In this document: piece by piece, positions 30,017-40,533 of the stretch
Layout: each line of letters begins with the position of its first letter
Numbering within the stretch: the stretch's first letter is position 1
From: Geopsychrobacteraceae bacterium
Lineage (GTDB): Bacteria; Desulfobacterota; Desulfuromonadia; Desulfuromonadales; Geopsychrobacteraceae
Reading direction: 5' to 3'
Assembly: GCA_963676795.2 (NCBI GenBank)
Contig: CAXXTB010000002.1
Coordinates: 1,088,001 to 1,152,000 of the forward strand
Length of the DNA stretch: 64,000 bases
Notes under the pieces: generated by a model
The model's input: only the letters and a program-made list of their open reading frames with translations
Told to the model about the DNA's origin: nothing
The model's database searches: none
Program-made: the position numbers and the translations under genes

Positions 30017-31561
30017 ATGAGTCAAACAGACAGAGTTATTATTTTTGACACCACCTTGCGTGACGGAGAGCAATCTCCGGGCGCCAGTATGAATATCGAA
30101 GAAAAGTTGCGCATTGCTCATCAGCTGGAGCGGCTGAATGTCGATGTCATTGAGGCCGGTTTTCCGATCGCCTCCGATGGTGACTTCGAAGCTGTCAGGC
30201 GGATTGCCCAGGAGATCAAGGGGCCGGTCATCGCCGGACTTTCCCGGGCCGGCGAAAAGGATATCGATCGTGCCTGGCAGGCGTTGAAGTATGCCGGTGA
30301 GCGCAGTCGTATTCATACCTTCATCGCGACCAGCGACATCCATATGCAGTACAAGCTGAAGATGAGCGAGGAGCAGGTTTTTTCTACGGCGATCGCCGCG
30401 GTGAAAAGAGCGAAAAGTTATACCGACAATGTTGAATTCTCAGCCGAGGATGCGACCCGCACTCGCCTGCCGTTTCTGGCCAGAATTGTCGAAGCGGTCA
30501 TTGAGGCCGGAGCGACGACGGTCAATATTCCAGATACCGTCGGTTATACGATTCCGTCCGAGTATTTCAATATTATCAGCTACCTGAAGCAGAACGTGAG
30601 CAATATCGACAAGGCGATCATCTCGGTCCATTGTCACGACGACCTCGGACTGGCTGTCGCCAATTCGCTGGCTGCCATTCAGGCTGGAGCGCGTCAGGTC
30701 GAATGTACCATCAACGGAATCGGTGAGCGAGCCGGCAACTGCTCCCTTGAAGAGATTGTCATGGGCTTACGCACCCGTCACGATATTCTGCCCTATACGA
30801 CCGGGGTCGTCACTGAGCAGATTACCCCGTCGAGCAAGTTGTTGTCGACCATCACTGGCCTTCTCGTACAACCGAATAAGGCGATCGTCGGTGCCAACGC
30901 CTTCGCTCACGAGTCGGGAATCCATCAGCACGGGATGCTGATGGAAAAATCGACCTACGAGATCATGACCCCGGAATCGGTCGGCCTGCAGCAGACCAAG
31001 CTGGTGCTTGGCAAACACTCCGGCCGCCACGCTTTTATTGACAGAATCAAGCAGCTCGGTTATGACCTGTCTGCCGAAGAAACAGAAAAGGCTTTCGTCC
31101 GTTTCAAGTCCCTTGCTGATATCAAGAAGGATATTTACGACGAAGATATTGATGCCATCGTCGCTGATGAGGTGCTGAGGGTTCCGGAAACCTACAAGCT
31201 GATTCAGATGAATGTCAGCTCCGGCTCTTTTGCCGCGCCGACGGCGACGGTTGAGATGGAGATCGGTGGCAAGGTCAAAAAGACAGCCGTAATGGGTGAT
31301 GGACCGGTCGATGCAACCTTCAAGGCGATCAAGAAGCTGACCAAAAGTACCGCGCCGTTGCTGACCTTTACCGTCGGCGCGATCACCGGCGGTACCGACG
31401 CGCAGGGGGAATGTACCGTACGCCTGCAGTGTGAGGATGGCAGTGAAGTGCTCGGTCAGGGAGCCCATCCGGACATCATTGTGGCCAGTGCCAAGGCCTA
31501 TATCAATGCATTGAACAGGATTGCCAACCGTATCCAGCGAACTGATATGGTTACGCCTTAG
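30017..31561 (+). CDS. leuA: 2-isopropylmalate synthase
   Basis: FDTTLRDGEQ, HCHDDLG, GIGERAGN, HESGIHQ, GPVDA regulatory domain. Confidence 0.97.
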   Translation: MSQTDRVIIFDTTLRDGEQSPGASMNIEEKLRIAHQLERLNVDVIEAGFPIASDGDFEAVRRIAQEIKGPVIAGLSRAGEKDIDRAWQALKYAGERSRIHTFIATSDIHMQYKLKMSEEQVFSTAIAAVKRAKSYTDNVEFSAEDATRTRLPFLARIVEAVIEAGATTVNIPDTVGYTIPSEYFNIISYLKQNVSNIDKAIISVHCHDDLGLAVANSLAAIQAGARQVECTINGIGERAGNCSLEEIVMGLRTRHDILPYTTGVVTEQITPSSKLLSTITGLLVQPNKAIVGANAFAHESGIHQHGMLMEKSTYEIMTPESVGLQQTKLVLGKHSGRHAFIDRIKQLGYDLSAEETEKAFVRFKSLADIKKDIYDEDIDAIVADEVLRVPETYKLIQMNVSSGSFAAPTATVEMEIGGKVKKTAVMGDGPVDATFKAIKKLTKSTAPLLTFTVGAITGGTDAQGECTVRLQCEDGSEVLGQGAHPDIIVASAKAYINALNRIANRIQRTDMVTP

Positions 31562-31599
31562 AAATGCGACTACATAGAGAAGAGTGAAAAGGAGTTTTC

Positions 31600-32880
31600 A
31601 TGGGAAAGACATTAGCTGAAAAGATATTTGACAGCCATCTCCGCGATGAGCCGTTTCCAGGGGCCAAGGTTCTCAATATTGACCGCGTCCTCTGTCATGA
31701 AATAACCACCCCGGTTGCCCTGTCGGACCTGGTCTGGCGCAACAAGGACCGGGTTTTCGATCCGGAGAAAATCAAGGTCGTTATCGACCACGTAACCCCG
31801 GCCAAGGACAGCAAAACCGCGATTCAGGGCAAGATCCTGCGCGACTGGTGCCGTCGTCACGAAATTCCCGATTTCTTCGATGTCGGCCGTAACGGTGTCT
31901 GCCATGCGTTGTTTCCTGAGAAGGGTTTTATCCGTCCGGGTTTCACCGTCATCATGGGTGACAGCCATACCTGTACTCACGGGGCTTTCGGGGCTTTTGC
32001 CGCCGGTGTCGGCAGTACCGACCTTGAAGTTGGTATCCTCAAGGGGGTCTGTTCGTTCCGTGAACCGGAAACCATTCGCATCAATCTGAACGGTGAGCTG
32101 TCCAGGGGGGTTTACGCCAAGGATGTCATTCTCCATGTCATTTCCCTGCTCGGCGTCAATGGTGCGACCGACAAGGTTATCGAGTTCCGCGGTCCGATCG
32201 TCGATCAGATGAGCATGGAAGCCCGTATGACCCTGTGTAACATGGCCATCGAAGCCGGCGGTACCTCCGGTGTCTGTATGCCTGACATGGTTACCGTCGA
32301 GTACCTCTGGCCGTTCATCAAGGATGAATATTCAAGCAAGGAAGCCGCGCTCGAAGACTATCAGCAGTGGGTTTCTGACGAGGATGCTTCTTATGTCAAG
32401 GTGATCGATATTGACGTTTCCGTCCTTGAGCCGAAGGTCACTTACGACTACAAGCCCGATTGCGTCAAGGATGTCAAGGAGCTGGCCGGAACTCCGGTCG
32501 ATCAGATCTACATCGGCACCTGTACCAACGGTCGTATCGAGGATCTGCGTCAGGCTGCCGAAGTTCTCAAAGGGAAGAGGATCGCTGATTCGGTGCGCGC
32601 TATCGTCTCTCCGGCAACCCCGAAGATCTACAGCGATGCTTTGGCTGAAGGGCTGATCCAGATCTTTATGGATGCAGGTTTCTGTGTCACCAATCCGACC
32701 TGTGGTGCCTGCCTGGGGATGAGTAATGGTGTTCTTGCCGAGGGCGAGGTCTGTGCTTCAACCAGCAACCGTAACTTCAACGGCCGGATGGGTAAGGGCG
32801 GTATGGTTCACCTGATGAGCCCGGCAACTGCCGCTGCGACAGCCTTGACCGGTGTCATTACCGACGCCAGAACCCTTTAA
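31600..32880 (+). CDS. leuC: 3-isopropylmalate dehydratase large subunit (short type)
   Basis: DSHTCTHGAFGAF, GTCTNGR, CGACLG, STSNRNFNGRMG. Confidence 0.95.
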   Translation: MGKTLAEKIFDSHLRDEPFPGAKVLNIDRVLCHEITTPVALSDLVWRNKDRVFDPEKIKVVIDHVTPAKDSKTAIQGKILRDWCRRHEIPDFFDVGRNGVCHALFPEKGFIRPGFTVIMGDSHTCTHGAFGAFAAGVGSTDLEVGILKGVCSFREPETIRINLNGELSRGVYAKDVILHVISLLGVNGATDKVIEFRGPIVDQMSMEARMTLCNMAIEAGGTSGVCMPDMVTVEYLWPFIKDEYSSKEAALEDYQQWVSDEDASYVKVIDIDVSVLEPKVTYDYKPDCVKDVKELAGTPVDQIYIGTCTNGRIEDLRQAAEVLKGKRIADSVRAIVSPATPKIYSDALAEGLIQIFMDAGFCVTNPTCGACLGMSNGVLAEGEVCASTSNRNFNGRMGKGGMVHLMSPATAAATALTGVITDARTL

Positions 32881-32898
32881 TCGATCAGGAGAGAAACA

Positions 32899-33429
32899 AT
32901 GCAGAAGACTTTTGGTGGATCGGCAATCTTTCTTGATCGATCCGATATCAATACCGACGAAATTATCCCGGCCAAGTACCTGGTCGAAGTGACCAAGGAC
33001 GCCCTGCGTCCATTTATCCTCGAGGATCTGAAGCTGGACGGTTTCGATCCGAAAGGGGAGGCCCTGAAGGATGCCAAGGTTGTCGTAACCCGCGAGAACT
33101 TTGGCTGCGGTTCATCCCGTGAGCATGCTCCCTGGGTTTTTGAGGTGAATGACATTCACACCATCATCGCCGAAAGCTATGCGCGGATCTTCCGCCAGAA
33201 CATGTTCAACTGCGGTATGCTCGCCATCGAACTGCCAAAAGCCGATATCGATGAGCTGGTCGCGCTGCAGCAGCGGGGGGCCGTGAATATCTCTGTCGAT
33301 CTTGATGCTCAAACAGTTACGGCAACGGCCGGTAGCGAAACCAAAAGCTATAAGTTCGAGATCAGCCAGTTCGATAAAGCCCTGGTTGAAGCTGGTGGCT
33401 GGGTTGAATTTGCCGACTCCCGTTATTAG
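32899..33429 (+). CDS. leuD: 3-isopropylmalate dehydratase small subunit
   Basis: INTDEIIPA, NFGCGSSREHA, YARIFRQN. Confidence 0.95.
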   Translation: MQKTFGGSAIFLDRSDINTDEIIPAKYLVEVTKDALRPFILEDLKLDGFDPKGEALKDAKVVVTRENFGCGSSREHAPWVFEVNDIHTIIAESYARIFRQNMFNCGMLAIELPKADIDELVALQQRGAVNISVDLDAQTVTATAGSETKSYKFEISQFDKALVEAGGWVEFADSRY

Positions 33430-33454
33430 TATTACGTAGCTACCATGAATGTTG

Positions 33455-33486
33455 AGGCAGCCGTCCTGCGGCTGCCTTTTTTCTTT
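33455..33486 (+). terminator. Intrinsic terminator after leuD
   Basis: AGGCAGCCG-tcctg-CGGCTGCCTTTTTT. Confidence 0.88.
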
Positions 33487-33519
33487 GTTGTCCCTGCGGT
33501 GGCAACGGTTCAAAAAAGT

Positions 33520-33548
33520 TTGACAAAAAAATGACCGCTTTCTATAGT
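33520..33548 (+). promoter_or_regulatory. Sigma70 promoter for leuB
   Basis: TTGACA-17 bp-TATAGT. Confidence 0.8.
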
Positions 33549-33562
33549 TTTAGCCGTTTTGA

Positions 33563-34699
<1,137 letters not shown>

Positions 34700-34711
34700 T
34701 AACCACCTATG

Positions 34712-34751
34712 AGCCGCGGCAGGACTTGCGGGTTCTGTTGCGGTTTTTTTT
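34712..34751 (+). terminator. Probable terminator after leuB
   Basis: AGCCGCGGCAGGAC...GTTCTGTTGCGGTT followed by a T run. Confidence 0.65.
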
Positions 34752-34764
34752 CTGGTGAGGCGTA

Positions 34765-35517
34765 ATGACGGAGGGGCTCTTTATTCCGGGCGAAGGACTC
34801 TATTATCGGCTCGACCCACGGCTCAAGCTGGTTGTGACCCTGGTCCTTATGATTGCGCTCTTCTCGGCGAACAGTTTCGTACGGCCCCTGCTGATCTTTC
34901 TGGCCTGGCTTGCTTGTTCCTCTCTGAATGCCGTCAAGCTCAGGCAGTTATGGAAATTTGTAAGATTGCTCCGCTGGCTGCTCATTTTTACCCTGCTGCT
35001 TCATCTGTTGCTGACCCCGGGGCGAGCGCTGCTGGGCAGCAGTTGGGTGAGCTATGACGGATTGCTGCGGGGTGTGCTGATCGATTTTCAGCTGATCATG
35101 GCCGTTGGTTTGTCTCTTGCTCTGGCCTGGACAACTCATCCCGTGCAGTTGGCCAAGGGCGGTGCGTCTCTCTTGGCGCCACTGCAATATCTCAGGGTGC
35201 CGGTCAGGGAGATTGCCGACCTGGTTCCCCTGGTGCTCTATTTTATCCCGTCATTGCAGCAGGAGGTTGAGCGGCTGAAGCGGGAAGAGCCCGAGGCGGG
35301 TGACGCGGCTCATTCGCTCTGGGATCGCTGGCAGTTGAAGCTGGAAATCCTGATCGGACGGATGCTCGACCGTGGAGACCAGTTGGCCCGGCAGATTGCC
35401 AGTGGTGAGGATTATTTGGCTGGAACGCTTCAGGATCGACCGCTCGTTTTTGATCGGACCAGTGCTCTGGCCGCTGTCGGCGGACTGGTCTTCTGTGCTG
35501 TTCTGTTTATGGTGTGA
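34765..35517 (+). CDS. EcfT/CbiQ-like ECF transporter transmembrane component, degenerate
   Basis: IPGEGLYYRLDPRLKL N-terminus, WTTHPVQL, PLQYLRVPV, LYFIP; both A-R-G motifs are altered. Confidence 0.75.
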   Translation: MTEGLFIPGEGLYYRLDPRLKLVVTLVLMIALFSANSFVRPLLIFLAWLACSSLNAVKLRQLWKFVRLLRWLLIFTLLLHLLLTPGRALLGSSWVSYDGLLRGVLIDFQLIMAVGLSLALAWTTHPVQLAKGGASLLAPLQYLRVPVREIADLVPLVLYFIPSLQQEVERLKREEPEAGDAAHSLWDRWQLKLEILIGRMLDRGDQLARQIASGEDYLAGTLQDRPLVFDRTSALAAVGGLVFCAVLFMV

Positions 35518-35518
35518 G

Positions 35519-36253
35519 ATGATCAAGGTTAAGTTGACGGTCGCCTATGACGGCACCGACTATGTCGGTTGGCAGTATCAGCCTAACGGTGTTGCTGTTC
35601 AGCAGTGTCTGGAACAGGCGCTGGCCAAGTTGACGGGGCGGGTGCATGCCGTGTATTCCTCCGGGCGTACCGACGCCGGTGTCCATGCTTTGGGTATGGT
35701 TTGCCATTTTCAGACCGAACGTCAACTGCCGCTCAGGGCCTGGCGTGAAGGCTTGAACAGTCATCTGCCGCAGGATATCGCGGTACGCGAGGCTGAATTT
35801 GTCGACCCTGAATTTCATGCCCGTTTCAGTGCTGTTGGCAAGCACTATCGTTATACGATCCTGCGTGATGCCATCCGTCAGCCGCTCGAACGACGGACCA
35901 GCTGGCAGGTCAAAGCCGTGCTGGACCTTGACCTGATGCGTCAGGCTGCGAAAGCTCTTGTCGGTCGCCACGACTTTGCGGCTTTCCGGACAACTGGCTG
36001 TGCTGCTGAAACGACGATCCGTGAGATCTTTTCTGTCGTGATATTCGAGCAGGGAGACATGCTGCTTATCGATGTGTGCGGCGCAGGGTTTCTGAAGAAT
36101 ATGGTGCGCATGATTGTCGGAACCCTGGTCGAAATCGGACGGGGTAAGCGCGCTCCTGAAGTCGTCGCCGGGATGCTGCAAAAACCTGAAAAATTCCCGC
36201 CTGCACTGACCGCACCGGCGCATGGGCTCTGTCTTGTCAGCGTCAGCTACTGA
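35519..36253 (+). CDS. truA: tRNA pseudouridine(38-40) synthase
   Basis: YDGTDYVGWQYQ, SGRTDAGVHA, FHARFSA, FLKNMVR, TAPAHGL. Confidence 0.97.
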   Translation: MIKVKLTVAYDGTDYVGWQYQPNGVAVQQCLEQALAKLTGRVHAVYSSGRTDAGVHALGMVCHFQTERQLPLRAWREGLNSHLPQDIAVREAEFVDPEFHARFSAVGKHYRYTILRDAIRQPLERRTSWQVKAVLDLDLMRQAAKALVGRHDFAAFRTTGCAAETTIREIFSVVIFEQGDMLLIDVCGAGFLKNMVRMIVGTLVEIGRGKRAPEVVAGMLQKPEKFPPALTAPAHGLCLVSVSY

Positions 36254-36315
36254 AATCGGATAAATAGCCCATTTGCTGATCTGAACCGGGAGCTGAATTA
36301 TGCTCAAGAATTTAC

Positions 36316-36344
36316 TTGACAGGTCGGGGGGACTCGGATAGATT
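36316..36344 (+). promoter_or_regulatory. Sigma70 promoter for rplM-rpsI
   Basis: TTGACA-17 bp-TAGATT. Confidence 0.75.
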
Positions 36345-36400
36345 TACCGCTTTGTGAGCCCCACAAACCCTTTAGAGAAATAGTTTTGGAGAGGAATGCG

Positions 36401-36829
36401 ATGAGTACACTGGTCGCTAAGGAACAGGACATAAAGAGACAGTGGTACGTTGTCGATCTGGAGGACGTTGTTCTTGGTCGTGCAGCTACCGAGATTGCCC
36501 GTGTTTTGCGCGGAAAGCATAAAGCAATTTTTAGCCCGAGCGTTGACACTGGCGATTTTGTCATTGTTCTTAATGCTGACAAGGTCAAAATGACCGGAAA
36601 TAAACTGGCTGCAAAGAAATATTACAGCTATTCCGGATACATGGGTGGTCTGAAAGAGATTACTGCGGAGAAACAACTGCAGAAAAAACCTGAGATGGTC
36701 GTACAGGCTGCTGTTAAAGGGATGCTGCCGAAGAACAAACTCGGCCGCCAAATGTTCCGTAAACTCAAGGTCTATGCTGGTGGTGAGCATCCACACACTG
36801 CCCAGCAGCCTAAAGAATTGAAGTTTTAA
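36401..36829 (+). CDS. rplM: 50S ribosomal protein L13
   Basis: [34 protein letters not shown]. Confidence 0.98.
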   Translation: MSTLVAKEQDIKRQWYVVDLEDVVLGRAATEIARVLRGKHKAIFSPSVDTGDFVIVLNADKVKMTGNKLAAKKYYSYSGYMGGLKEITAEKQLQKKPEMVVQAAVKGMLPKNKLGRQMFRKLKVYAGGEHPHTAQQPKELKF

Positions 36830-36845
36830 CCAGGGAGATAGCTAG

Positions 36846-37238
36846 ATGGCTGAGCAGAAGTTTTATGCAACTGGTAAAAGAAAAACATCGATCGCCCGCG
36901 TCTGGATGAAGCCGGGAACCGGTGTTATCACCGTCAACAAGCGTCCTCTGGATGATTTTTTTGGTCGCGAGACCTCCAAGATGGTTGTCCGTCAGCCGCT
37001 TGAACTGACCGAGAACATGGGTAAGTTCGATATCAGCGTCAACGTCTGTGGCGGTGGTGCTTCCGGACAAGCTGGTGCTATCAAGCACGGCATCACCAAG
37101 GCTCTGCTTGAGGTTGATCCTGCCCTGCGTGACGTCCTCAAAAAAGCTGGTTTCATCACCCGTGACAGCCGCGTGAAAGAACGTAAAAAATACGGTCGCG
37201 CTGCTGCTCGCCGGAGTTTCCAGTTCTCCAAGCGTTAA
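36846..37238 (+). CDS. rpsI: 30S ribosomal protein S9
   Basis: [33 protein letters not shown]. Confidence 0.99.
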   Translation: MAEQKFYATGKRKTSIARVWMKPGTGVITVNKRPLDDFFGRETSKMVVRQPLELTENMGKFDISVNVCGGGASGQAGAIKHGITKALLEVDPALRDVLKKAGFITRDSRVKERKKYGRAAARRSFQFSKR

Positions 37239-37274
37239 TCGATCTGTCGTTTACGCGGAGATTGCAATACTGTC

Positions 37275-37307
37275 AAAAGGGAAGCCCACTGCGGGTTTCC
37301 CTTTTTT
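37275..37307 (+). terminator. Intrinsic terminator after rpsI
   Basis: AAAAGGGAAGCCC-actgc-GGGTTTCCCTTTTTT. Confidence 0.85.
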
Positions 37308-37323
37308 CGTTAAGGAGATGGTT

Positions 37324-38361
37324 ATGATCAAGGTCGCTGTTGTTGGGGCCAGTGGTTACACTGGCGTTGAGCTGTTGAGAATTCTTGTCGGTCATCCGCA
37401 AGTCGAGATTGTCTGTGTGACCTCGCGGCAGCATGAGGGAGTGCCTATCAATCAGGTCTTCCCGTCTCTCACCGGTTTCTGCAATCTGGCCTGTGAGTCG
37501 CTCGACGTTGCCCGTATTGTCGAGCGCGCCGATCTTGTGTTTACTGCTCTGCCGCACAAGTCGGCCATGGCGGTTATTCCTGACTTTCTGGCAGCTGGCT
37601 GCAGGGTTGTCGATCTGTCAGCAGACTATCGGCTAAAAGATCAGGCTGTATACGAAAAGTGGTACCAGCAGCACAGCAGTCCGGAATTGTTGTCCAAGGC
37701 TGTTTACGGTTTGCCGGAGCTCTATCGTGAGCAGGTCAAATCGGCGACTCTGGTTGCCAATCCCGGTTGCTATCCGACCAGTATCATTCTTGGTCTCGCT
37801 CCGCTGCTCAAGCACGGACTGATCGACACCACCACCCTGATTGCGGACAGTAAATCAGGAACCAGCGGGGCCGGTCGGAGCGCCAAGCAGGGGAGTCTGT
37901 TCTGTGAGGTGAATGAAGGATTCAAAGCCTATTCCGTCGGTGCTCACCGCCATACCCCCGAAATCGAACAGGAGTTGTCGCTGCTGGCAGGTGCTCAGGT
38001 CGAGCTGAACTTCACGCCGCATCTGTTGCCGATCAACCGGGGTATCTTGTCGACAAATTACGCAAAGCTGACCAAAAAGACGTCGACTGCCGAACTGCTG
38101 GATCTCTATCGGGAGTTTTATCAGGGGGAGAGCTTCGTCCGTATCATGCCGGGGGGCGAATTGCCAAATGTCGCTTACCTGTCCGGAACCAATTTCTGTG
38201 ATATCGGCCTGGTCAGTGACGAGCGGACCGGCAGGGTGATTGTCGTTTCTGCCATTGATAATCTGGTCAAGGGAGCCGCCGGACAGGCGGTACAGAACAT
38301 GAACGTTCTCTTTGGTTTCAAGGAATCGCTGGGGCTGGCGATTGTTCCGACATTTCCCTGA
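37324..38361 (+). CDS. argC: N-acetyl-gamma-glutamyl-phosphate reductase
   Basis: [45 protein letters not shown]. Confidence 0.97.
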   Translation: MIKVAVVGASGYTGVELLRILVGHPQVEIVCVTSRQHEGVPINQVFPSLTGFCNLACESLDVARIVERADLVFTALPHKSAMAVIPDFLAAGCRVVDLSADYRLKDQAVYEKWYQQHSSPELLSKAVYGLPELYREQVKSATLVANPGCYPTSIILGLAPLLKHGLIDTTTLIADSKSGTSGAGRSAKQGSLFCEVNEGFKAYSVGAHRHTPEIEQELSLLAGAQVELNFTPHLLPINRGILSTNYAKLTKKTSTAELLDLYREFYQGESFVRIMPGGELPNVAYLSGTNFCDIGLVSDERTGRVIVVSAIDNLVKGAAGQAVQNMNVLFGFKESLGLAIVPTFP

Positions 38362-38454
38362 TCATCGCTTTGTGCATATCCTGCTGGCATTTTCCTGGTA
38401 CAGTAGGTAGTATTTGTAGCTAATTTTATTGGCAATTTCTATTGTTGAGGTCGT

Positions 38455-40533
38455 ATGCTGGACTCCGGTCTTCAGGTTCTTGGCTGTCAGGTTGAAGAGC
38501 TGGTCGCTTCAAATTCTGTCTACGATACTTATTCCGTCACCGCCGCTGATGGAACAAGATGTCGTTTGCTGCTTTTTTTTACAGAAGATCTGAAAGAGAA
38601 GTCGCGCAGACAGTCTGCGACTGCGCTGGTGGCCCGGCTCGAAGGACAGGATTTCGCTCAGATTGCTCTACCTCTTGGTGCAGATGAGGTTAGCGATCAT
38701 TTCGTCTGCCTCTGGCCAGAGTATAGCGGTCCTGCATTGTCAGAGCTGGATGACTTGCCACTGCCAATGGACCGGGCTCTTGCTCTGGTCCGTCAGATTG
38801 CAGCGGCACTGATAGCTCCACATATTGTCGACTTCACTCATGGTGCCCTGTCGCCGCAGAATGTCCGCCTGCTGGATCATGATGTGCTGCTTTTTGATTT
38901 TGCGCTGGGTAAAATTGCCCCCCTTGATTTCAATTCCGGGATAGACCCCCAGTGTATCAGTCCGGAGCAGGTCCGCGGTGAAGCATACGGGCAGCCAGCT
39001 GATGTCTATGCCTTGGGTTGTATCCTCTATTTCCTGTTGACGGGCACTCCGCCCTTTAATGAAAAAGAGCCTTTTTATATTGCCGTGCAGCGCCTGCACG
39101 AAAATTTTCCCAAGCTGCCAGATTCGCTGCAACAGTGTCAGTCGCTCCTCGACAGGATGGTTGCTGCGCTCCCAGAACAGCGTCCGGATGCTGCGGAGAT
39201 CGTTGCTGAAATCGATCAACTGTTCGAGGTCCGGTCTGCAACTGAACAGGATACGGTGTACAGCGACGAAGTCGGGGGGCAACGCGAAACTGATGTCGTT
39301 GCTGAGGTGGATGAGTATCTGAGCTCAGATATTGCCGCCAAGATTGAAGCGCGCCTTATGGCCTTGGAAGAGGACTCTGCTCCGGTGGAGGCGTCGGACA
39401 AAGCAACTTTTGTTCAACAGGGGGCCGATTCCGCTAATCTGGGTTACCGGGAGAGCGGGAGGCGAGACTCACGCTGGAGGCCCGTGTTTCTGTTGCTGTT
39501 GGGGGTTGTTATCGGTGTCGTTGTTTATGCTCTCTACAGCGATCAGCCGAGCGGATCCGGAGGGCGCTCGGTTACAGCTGAGGATCCCCTTCTCTCTGAA
39601 TTGCAGGACGCCATTGGTCTGTGGCGGAATCAGGAGACGCAAGCTGCCGTTGTGCGCTTGCTCGGTCTGATCCAGGACTATCCTGAAGATCCGCGTGCCT
39701 ATAATGATCTTGCGGCAATTCGAGTCGCCCAGGGGAACTACGAAGAGGCTCGTGCTCTGCTGGAGCGGGCTCTGAATACCAGCAGTGATTATGCAACGGT
39801 CTATAATAATCTGGCTGCCATCTACAGCGAGATGGCCAGAGTCTCTTATGGCAGAGCTCTGCAGTTGAGCGATGAAAAACGGAACTTCACTCTTGCGCTT
39901 ATCCCTCAGTCAAATGACCCCTCTGTTGTTTTGCCGGGATCCGCGCTGGACAACCCTGACGCCACAGCTGCCGTGTCAGAGGTTGTCCCTGTCAGCGAGC
40001 CGCAGACCGTTGTTGTCGTTGCGGCTGAGAAAACCGTTCCGGAGAAGCCACCGGTCGTTCAGCCCGAAAAGGTAGCGACCTCCGTTGTGCCATCTGCCGA
40101 ACTGCCAAGGGTGGCTTCGGAACCGGAGCAGGTGGCTCAGCAGCTGTCCTCCGATTCTTTCAGGGATGAGCCGCTGTCTGCAGAACTGTCTGCAGTTGAG
40201 ACATTCCTCGCCTCCTGGGCCGAGGCCTGGTCGCGTCAGGATGTTGAGGCCTATCTTGCTCATTACGCAGGGGATTTTATTCCGCGTAGCGGGGTGGCAA
40301 GGGAGCGTTGGGAGCAGCAACGCCGTAGCCGTCTGGCAAACCCCTCGGCGATTCAGGTCACGCTGGAAAATTTCACTCTTGTTAAAAAAACAGGTGACCT
40401 ATTGACCGTTGACGTCGAGCAGGTCTATGTCAGTGATGTCTATTCCGACCTGACGCGCAAGCGCTTTGAGTTACGCAAGTTGCCTGACGGATTCGAGATC
40501 GTTCGTGAGCATTCTCTTGAGGTGATTCGTTGA
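38455..40533 (+). CDS. Ser/Thr-kinase-like (pseudokinase) domain, TM, TPR and C-terminal NTF2-like (Csd6 C-terminal type) domain protein
   Basis: HGALSPQNV, DFA, SPEQ, DVYALGCILYFLLTGTPPF; TM WRPVFLLLLGVVIGVVVYALY; TPR AYNDLAAIRVAQGNYEEA; FLASWAEAWSRQDVEAYLAHY. Confidence 0.8.
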   Translation: MLDSGLQVLGCQVEELVASNSVYDTYSVTAADGTRCRLLLFFTEDLKEKSRRQSATALVARLEGQDFAQIALPLGADEVSDHFVCLWPEYSGPALSELDDLPLPMDRALALVRQIAAALIAPHIVDFTHGALSPQNVRLLDHDVLLFDFALGKIAPLDFNSGIDPQCISPEQVRGEAYGQPADVYALGCILYFLLTGTPPFNEKEPFYIAVQRLHENFPKLPDSLQQCQSLLDRMVAALPEQRPDAAEIVAEIDQLFEVRSATEQDTVYSDEVGGQRETDVVAEVDEYLSSDIAAKIEARLMALEEDSAPVEASDKATFVQQGADSANLGYRESGRRDSRWRPVFLLLLGVVIGVVVYALYSDQPSGSGGRSVTAEDPLLSELQDAIGLWRNQETQAAVVRLLGLIQDYPEDPRAYNDLAAIRVAQGNYEEARALLERALNTSSDYATVYNNLAAIYSEMARVSYGRALQLSDEKRNFTLALIPQSNDPSVVLPGSALDNPDATAAVSEVVPVSEPQTVVVVAAEKTVPEKPPVVQPEKVATSVVPSAELPRVASEPEQVAQQLSSDSFRDEPLSAELSAVETFLASWAEAWSRQDVEAYLAHYAGDFIPRSGVARERWEQQRRSRLANPSAIQVTLENFTLVKKTGDLLTVDVEQVYVSDVYSDLTRKRFELRKLPDGFEIVREHSLEVIR

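Noticed and set aside
29630..30343. 237-aa minus-strand ORF across the leuA leader
   Set aside because: Antisense to leuA and to the T-box, which together explain the sequence.
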